Origin: Octopus sinensis
Lineage: Eukaryota
DNA length: 64,000 nucleotides
Reading direction: 5' to 3'
Assembly: GCF_006345805.1 (NCBI RefSeq)
Contig: NC_043012.1
Coordinates: 26,288,001 to 26,352,000, forward strand
In this document: in pieces, positions 56,657 to 64,000 of the stretch
Layout of the letters: every line of letters starts with the position of its first letter
Numbering within the stretch: position 1 is the stretch's first letter
Notes under the pieces: model-generated
Seen by the model: only the letters and a program-made list of their open reading frames with translations
Database searches by the model: none
Told to the model about the DNA's origin: nothing
Position numbers and translations under genes: made by a program

Positions 56657-56940
56657 GTTTACCTATACACATATATTTAATCACCCCCACCACCACATGT
56701 TCGCGCTCACAAACACTCTAATATATATTATCGGTATGTTGTATGGACATACACATAGACATAAACACACACACACACACATATATATATATTTAATAAG
56801 TATATAAACATTTATTAAACATACACACATATCTATTTAAAATTCATATATGTGTCTGTGTGCCTTTGAGCAAACATGTGTGTATTAGTGTCGATGGATT
56901 GATTGAGTGTAAATACTGACAGTGAGTTTAATATATATAT

Positions 56941-56998
<58 letters not shown>

Positions 56999-57034
56999 TG
57001 TGTATGTATGTATATATATATATATATATAAATA

Positions 57035-57260
57035 CAAATTGGGACAAGAACGCAAAACATACGGACAACTAGGTGATACAAAAAGGGACAACAAAACATC
57101 CAGATAGACGATACAAAAAAACAAGGACGGGTCATTTTCATTCTCAGACAAAAACCATCCTCGCAATTTCGGCTGATTAATCCTGAGATTGCTCCAATCT
57201 GGCCCCCCCCAAGAAAAACTAAGCTAAGCGCATTAGATTCCTTGGAAGAAAGCATCGAAT
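57035..57260 (-). repeat. Interspersed repeat family E (longest copy)
   Basis: Reverse complement of the 5112-5240 and 21465-21545 sequence, extended upstream. Confidence 0.7.
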
Positions 57261-58689
57261 GTATACAAAATTAAGGACGGAAAAACAGACAATGCTACAC
57301 AAATATAAATACAATATAAATACAATATAAATATAATGAAAATAATAATAACAGGACAGAGCAACAGGGGTCTTTCGACTGAGGACGAATTGAATTCAGC
57401 TGGTGGCTTTATGTTTGTTTGTAAGTATGTGTATGCATGCATGAATGTATATATGTATGTATATGTGTGTATGTACATATATTCGTAAGTCCTTCCTTCA
57501 AGGTTTTGTGCCAAATCTTAAACAATTTGCACTACAGCAATCAACTATTTCAATTGGGTTCCGTTTACATTAATGGAACAATAATTCTTGACATACGAGC
57601 TGGCTACCAACTCCCAAAAATTAAAAGTAATATATATATACATATATATATAAAATATCATAAGTGAACTTTTGACGAGCCATTAATTACAAAATTTTGC
57701 TATCCTTCTGTTAAAAAAGGGAAAAATGCTTGAGGCACTCATATCATCTATCTCTCTTTCTTCTTCGCTATTTAAATTTTCAAAAGGCCTTTGATAGTAC
57801 CCTTAAACGTTAGTACCGCAAATCATTATGGTGGTTGATAGACACCACGTTTCATGTGTATGAACCTTTGATGATCTGTTATGTTTCACTGTAGAGGGCT
57901 GTGACAGCCCTTTGTAAGGAATGTGATGGACTGTAATGTGGTGTGATGTGTTAAACAGTCTGTCACAGGCTGTAAACTTTGCTATCGCATACATATTCAT
58001 ACACACACACACACATGGAGGTAAATGCAGGTGTTACTCAAATCTTTGCACTTCCGAAATTTATTTCGAAGAAAACATTGGTATTATTTCAGAAGGAATG
58101 AAGTGACAGAAAACAATGCAATTTTCTCATCAAGGAAAAAATGAAAGAAAAAAACGCATCAAGAAGACATTTTAACGAAATGTAATTGCTACGTACATGA
58201 CGAAGGGAACGCTGGTAAGTTATAAAAAAAAAAAAAAACAGCCGTTAATAGATATAACGTCAAAGGCAATTTATAGAAAGAGGAAGGGGAGGAAGAAAGA
58301 AATTAGCAGAAAACTAAAAATGGAGAAATATAGTGCGACAGGTGAATAGGAATAAAGATTAAAGGCGTGGAGATAGATATATTTAGTGGAAGTTTTTTTT
58401 CCTCTTTTTTTCCCCCATGAGAAGATTGCATTGTTTTACATCATTTTATTCCTTCTGGAATAATACCAATTTTTTCATCCAAACGTATGACTGAAGTATA
58501 GAGATTTGAGTAATACATGCGCTTAACTCCATTCATTTATATATTTATGTCATCCAAAAACCTTTCACTAAACCCTGGAATTTCTACCTTTATAAGTAGG
58601 CTGTTACATCCTTGGTACTTACGTGAATTTTTGCTACCCTGGTAACTATTTATTATTTTCTCCGTGTTATTTGTATACTTTGAAAAATT

Positions 58690-58721
<32 letters not shown>

Positions 58722-59065
58722 GTATATATACAGAGAAATATATATATATATATATATATACACAAATATATGTATATTTGTGTGTGCATGTATATATATA
58801 TATATGCGTGTATATATATAATTATATATATATACACACATACATGCATGCACACACACATATTAATCTTTTATAGTTTAATTGCTTCACCCATGGGATT
58901 ACGGCCATACTGAAGCACTGTCTTGAAGGATTTATTCGAACAAATCATTCACAGATATTTTTCCATATGTCTCCTTTGTCAAACCGCCGCTATACTACTA
59001 AGCTAGAGAGACGTAGACAAAGCACACGGCTGTCAAGCGTGAGGTAGAAATGCAGATACACACAA

Positions 59066-59137
<72 letters not shown>

Positions 59138-59380
59138 TTGTGTGTGTGTGTGTGTGTGTATATATGTATATATATATATATGGACGGTTCCTCCGAGCCC
59201 CGCCGGCTTTCATACGAAAGACTTTTTCACTTCCCGAGCGTTATACTAATATATCTGTTTGTTGTCTATACTATCTGTTTTCGTCGTTTGTTTTCTTTTT
59301 GTCAATTCTCCGTATTATATATATTATATATATCTATATATATATATATACAAACATATATATATATATATACATTATAT

Positions 59381-60047
59381 ACAATCATAAATAAGGACAA
59401 ACGAAAACATTTCTAATGCCAAATATGCCGAAAAATTGGACATATTGTCCATTAACCATATAATTTTTTCAGAATACGCACGCTACTCGAAAACAGGTCG
59501 ACAGAAACTTCTAAAAAATTCCATTATTACCATATCGGACCGATTTCAGGGTTAGCTCATAACAGCCCTCCCTTCGTAAGTGATACATGTGGCAAAAGAA
59601 ATAAATTAGATACTTACTCATACCCATGGAAGAAGCAAACACTAAGTCATGAGCACAATTAAGTACCCCAAATACATCCAAAATAGAAATACTCCAGCCC
59701 ATTCGAGACACGTGCGATTTGAACTGAGGCCCTCACAGAGTGAGAGAGTCCGGAAGTGAACGCTTAAATTTATATCTAATGTAGGATAAAATTTTTTCGA
59801 AAAAAAATTATTTTCGAAAAAAACTTTATCAATGGCCAGCATATTAAAAAATACCTTTAAAGGTTAAATTTATAAACAATTCATAAATAAGGGCAAACGA
59901 AAAAATTTCTAATGCCAAATATGCCGAAAAATTGGACATATTGTCCATTAACCATATAATTTTTTCTCAATAAATTTAACCTTTAAAGGTATTTTTTAAT
60001 ATGCTGGCGATTGATAAAATTGTTTTGCGAAAAAATTTTATCCTACA
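59381..60047. repeat. Composite element: ~90-bp direct repeat plus ~80-bp inverted repeat
   Basis: Direct repeats at 59381-59470 and 59876-59966. Inverted repeats at 59780-59873 and 59970-60047 bracket the second direct repeat. Confidence 0.85.
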
Positions 60048-60067
60048 ATTATATATATATATAAATA

Positions 60068-60104
<37 letters not shown>

Positions 60105-60139
60105 TCCTGCTCCTATCCCAGCCACGCTGGCGGGATAGG

Positions 60140-60485
60140 AGCAGGTGTGGCACCTTGGGCAAGTGTCTTTTACTACAGCCTCAGGCCGACCAAGGCATTG
60201 TGTGTGGACTTGGTCGACAGAAACTGCAAGAAGCCTCTCCTATATATATATGTGTATATATCTATGTGTTTGTGTTTTTATTTATTCCGTAATCACCGCT
60301 TGGCAGCCGGTGATGCTGTGCTGACGTTCCTGTTTTCCTAGCGGTCTGGCAAAAGAGACTAATAAAATAAGTATTAGGTCCAAAAAATAAGTCTTGGCGT
60401 AGATTTATTCAACTTAAATCATTCAAGGCAGTGTTCCAGCATGGTCGCAGTTAATTGACTGAAACAAATAAAAGAATAAATAAAT
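60140..60485 (+). mobile_element. SINE family A, 5'-truncated
   Basis: gtggcaccttgggcaagtgtc...ccagcatggtcgcag...gaaacaaataaaagaat. Confidence 0.85.
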
Positions 60486-61179
60486 ACACTATGGAAGGAC
60501 AATGGCATGAAACTTTAGGTTCTCCAGCCATCATGGCCAAGACGAAATTACCAGTCTCTACTAAGAATTGAACAGTTGTCTCTACTAACAGATACAACGA
60601 CACCGGCACAGCCAAAGCAGACATCCACGCACCATCACAATTCGTTTGCAGCGATTCCAGACTTAACTGTCTAAAACAGAGAGTAAAAGTAATTACATTC
60701 ACAAAGTAGTTTGCATCCTCGCTTTTTTCGAAGTTCAAATCGTCCCAAGGGCTGTCGTCTCTCTATGAAATAAACTCTCTGAAAATATCCCGGTTTTCCA
60801 CGTCAATCCTATCCATTGCCATCATTCCCATATGAAAATGGGAAGAATTTAATGCTCCAATCATTTCTGCTTGGATGGTTTCGTTTCGTTACTTTGACTA
60901 TTTTATGTTTACATCATACACACGAAACGAAACGTCATAATCAGAACGGTCTACTACACACGGATTTAGAATTGGTGTATACAGACAGACAGACGGAAAG
61001 ATAGATATAGATATATATCTATCTATCAAGTGTGGGATGGGTGGATGTGAGTGTGTTGAAGGAGAAGTGTCAATGTGTAATCAAGTGCATATACACACAG
61101 TTATGTTACGCAGAAAATTACAAGATACTCAAGTATCTGTGTCCCTATTGTATATAAGTGACAATGTGACCTTATATAT

Positions 61180-61213
<34 letters not shown>

Positions 61214-61348
61214 ATATATATATATATATATACATTCATATTAATAGTATGCAACAATATTTATATATACCTATATATGCATATACGTACGTACATAAGT
61301 ACACACACACTCACACACGCACAAACACAATATATATATATATAGATA

Positions 61349-61416
<68 letters not shown>

Positions 61417-61440
61417 TATATATATATATATATATTATAT

Positions 61441-61560
61441 ATTGGCCTGCTCGCTTAGCCAGTGGGAAGGCGTCATTCGAAGGCTAAAACAATGCGAACG
61501 CATTGTGACCAGCGATGTGTAGCAACATCTGATGGTCTGGTCGGTCACGTGATCATGTGA
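61441..61560 (+). mobile_element. SINE family C, 3' half
   Basis: gcctgctcgcttagccag...gaccagcgatgtgtagcaacatctgat...ggtcacgtgatc. Confidence 0.85.
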
Positions 61561-61781
61561 TATATATATATATAAATATGTGTAGGATGTACATGTGTTT
61601 TGTTGCTGTGTATGATATATCTTGTTGATGAGTATGGGCATCCAACCGAATGTGTCTATATAAACACATGTATGAAAACGGCTGTAAACACATGCCCCTT
61701 TATGTAGGCGTGTGATAAGTTGCTCTTATAGACACGCGAGTGCGCATATGTATAAATATAAGTCTTCTATACGAATATCTC

Positions 61782-62126
61782 GTGAAGGCGCATGGCTCAG
61801 TGGTTAGAGCGTCGAGCTTACGATCGTGAGGTTGTGAGCTCGAATCCCGGACGGGGCTGCGTGTTGTGTTCTTGAGCAAGGCACTTTATTTCACGTGCTC
61901 CAGTTCACTCAGCTGTAGAAATGAGTTGCGACGTCACAAGTGCCAAGCTGTATCGGCCCCTGCCTTTCCCTTGGACAACATCGGTGACGTGGAGAGGGGA
62001 GGCCGGTATGCATGGGCGACTGCTGGTCTTCCATAAAACAACCTTGCCCAGACTTGTGCCTCAGAGGGTATCTCTCTAGGTGCAAACCCATGGTCAGTGC
62101 CTGACCGAAGGGGGTCTTTACCCCTT
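61782..62126 (+). mobile_element. CORE-type SINE family D, full length, with 14-bp TSD
   Basis: tRNA-like head gtgaaggcgcatggctcagtggttagagc. Perfect TSD tatacgaatatctc at 61768-61781 and 62127-62140. Tail ctttacccctt. Confidence 0.93.
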
Positions 62127-62454
62127 TATACGAATATCTCACAAGACATATAATCTCCCTACCCACAGACACACGCAAACGATCACACAGATTTGTACAC
62201 ACATGGTGTATATTCTTAGATATGTATATCCTGAGATATAGGCATATTAAATATACAGATATAAACAAATACGGACAGTACATAGATTAATCCATCAAAT
62301 ATATATTTACAATTCTCTCCGAACTGCAGAAATTCACCCACATACACTTGGATTCAGAAAAATAGTCTATCTATCTATCTACCTATCTATCTATCTATAT
62401 ATCTATATATCTATGTCTATCTATCTATCTATCTATCTATGTATCTATCTATCT

Positions 62455-62869
62455 ATCTACTCTTTACTCTTTTACTTGTTTCAGTCATATGACTGCGGCC
62501 TTGCTGGAGCACCGCCTTTAATCGAGCAACTCGACCCCGGGACTTATTCTTTTTTAAGCCCAGTGCTTATTCTATCGGTCTCTTTTGCCGAACCGCTAAG
62601 TAACGGGGACATAAGCACACCAGCATCGGTTGTCAAGCAATGCTAGGGGGACAAACACAGACACACAAACATACACGCACACATATATATATATATATAC
62701 ATATATACGACGGACTTCTTTCAGTTTCCGTCTACCAAATCCACTCACAAGGCTTTGGTCGGCCCGAGGCTATAGTAGAAGACACTTGCCCAAGGTTCCA
62801 CGCAGTGGGACTGAACCCAGAACCGTGTGGTTGGTAGACAAGCTACTTACCACACAGCCACTCCTGCGC

Positions 62870-62871
<2 letters not shown>
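62455..62871 (-). mobile_element. SINE family A, full length
   Basis: Near-consensus reverse-complement copy. Confidence 0.92.
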
Positions 62872-62924
<53 letters not shown>

Positions 62925-62990
62925 CTTACGTATCTATTTACGTCTCTATATAGTTACATATTTATATTTATGTATATGCTTGTGTACATA

Positions 62991-63535
62991 TGAGGGTGAG
63001 TCAAAACGTAATGCCATTTTGTTTAGGACAGGTATAATTACCAACACAGGAACATGTATCATACATGAAAATGAAGCTGGTCCTCTGTGGATCACATCCC
63101 AATTTCTCAACATAGTCACTGTTTCTCTCAATAGCTATGTTCCACCTTCGAATGAGAGCATATATCCCTGCCCCGTAAAATTCTGTTGACTGTTCTTTGA
63201 GCCACTTCTTCACTACAGTTTTCACTTCCTCGTCACTGGACTATCATCTCTTCGGCCTCATGAAAGAGGGTTTGAGAGGCAAACATTATTCCAGTGATGA
63301 GGAAGTGAAAATTCTGGTGAAGAAGTGCTCAAAGAACAGTCAACAGACTTTTAGGGGGCAGCGATACATGCTCTCATTCGAAGGTGCATTGCTATTGAGA
63401 GAAACAGTGACTATATTAAGAAGTAGTGACGTGATCCACAGAGGACTAGCTTCATTTTCATGTATGATACATGTTCCTGTGTTGGTAATTATACCTGTCC
63501 TAAATAAAATGGCGTTACATTTTGTCTCACCCTTG
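62991..63535. mobile_element. Non-autonomous mariner derivative made of two inverted 3' ends
   Basis: About 250-bp inverted arms (62991-63240 / 63290-63535), TA on both sides. Encodes DYHLFGLMKEGLRGKHYSSDEEVK...KKWLKEQSTEFY.AGI..L..RW...IE.N.DYVEK (mariner C-terminus). Confidence 0.9.
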
Positions 63536-63537
63536 TA

Positions 63538-63567
63538 CAAGGGGTGCAGAAAAGTTCCTAGCTTTGG
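63538..63567 (+). mobile_element. 30-bp TIR fragment of a second mariner-like family
   Basis: ta-caaggggtgcagaaaagttcctagctttgg shares the TA of the preceding element. Confidence 0.45.
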
Positions 63568-63666
63568 TATATATAATATATATATATGTATGTTTTGCTG
63601 CTTCTTCTAGCGTGTAAAATACCTGATAAAGGTAGTTTTCTGTTGTGCTTAAATGTACACTATTGT

Positions 63667-63711
<45 letters not shown>

Positions 63712-63719
63712 TTTTGAAA

Positions 63720-63870
63720 ATGTTCTTTTACTTGTTTCGATAGTTATTGTTCTTTGTAAGTTTAGTAATTACTCTCTAGGTTTCTTCTGTCGAGCCGCTA
63801 AGTTACAGGGACGTAAACACGCTAACGTCCGTTGTCAAGAGATGGCGGAGATCAAACATAGACACATAAA
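63720..63870 (-). mobile_element. SINE family A tail fragment
   Basis: cttttacttgtttc...gccgctaagttacagggacgtaaacac...gttgtcaag. Confidence 0.75.
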
Positions 63871-63949
63871 TACATACATACACACAGATTATACATATAT
63901 GTATGTGTATGTGTGTGTGTATGTATATATATATTTGTGTGTATGTATG

Positions 63950-64000
<51 letters not shown>

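Noticed and set aside
60451-60830. 95-aa minus-strand ORF and a long plus-strand frame
   Set aside because: No recognisable domain, and lengths are within chance expectation.
60876-60931. 12-bp inverted repeat (gtttcgtttcgt/acgaaacgaaac) as a pre-miRNA
   Set aside because: The stem is too short and low-complexity, and the loop is about 32 nt.
61782-61860. tRNA-like sequences with A/B boxes (also the heads of families A and C)
   Set aside because: They are SINE heads joined to SINE bodies and do not form a complete cloverleaf.

Overview
AT-rich eukaryotic DNA, very rich in microsatellites and transposon remnants. The repeat families look like those of octopod cephalopods (Octopus sp.); this is an inference from pattern recognition, not a database search. 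I recognise no host protein-coding exon, rRNA, true tRNA gene or CRISPR array, and almost all ORF-track entries are translations of simple repeats. Recognisable coding sequence is all transposon-derived: a young 5'-truncated Penelope-like element (PLE; RT + GIY-YIG, 21701-24832), an IS630/Tc1-like transposase, a CR1 LINE, three R4/Dong copies in (TAA)n, Tx1 and RTE 3' ends, mariner remnants, and over 25 SINE copies from about five families. The most interesting signal is a set of type I hammerhead ribozyme motifs from four unrelated PLE-type termini. Two have greatly expanded stem II regions (56 and about 90 nt), one is duplicated at both ends of a 5.7-kb palindrome, and one sits in a mini-element whose inverted arm ends at the predicted cleavage site. 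A decayed, unassigned ~290-codon reading frame lies at 43790-44651 (-). Many 1-bp indels suggest an imperfectly polished long-read assembly.
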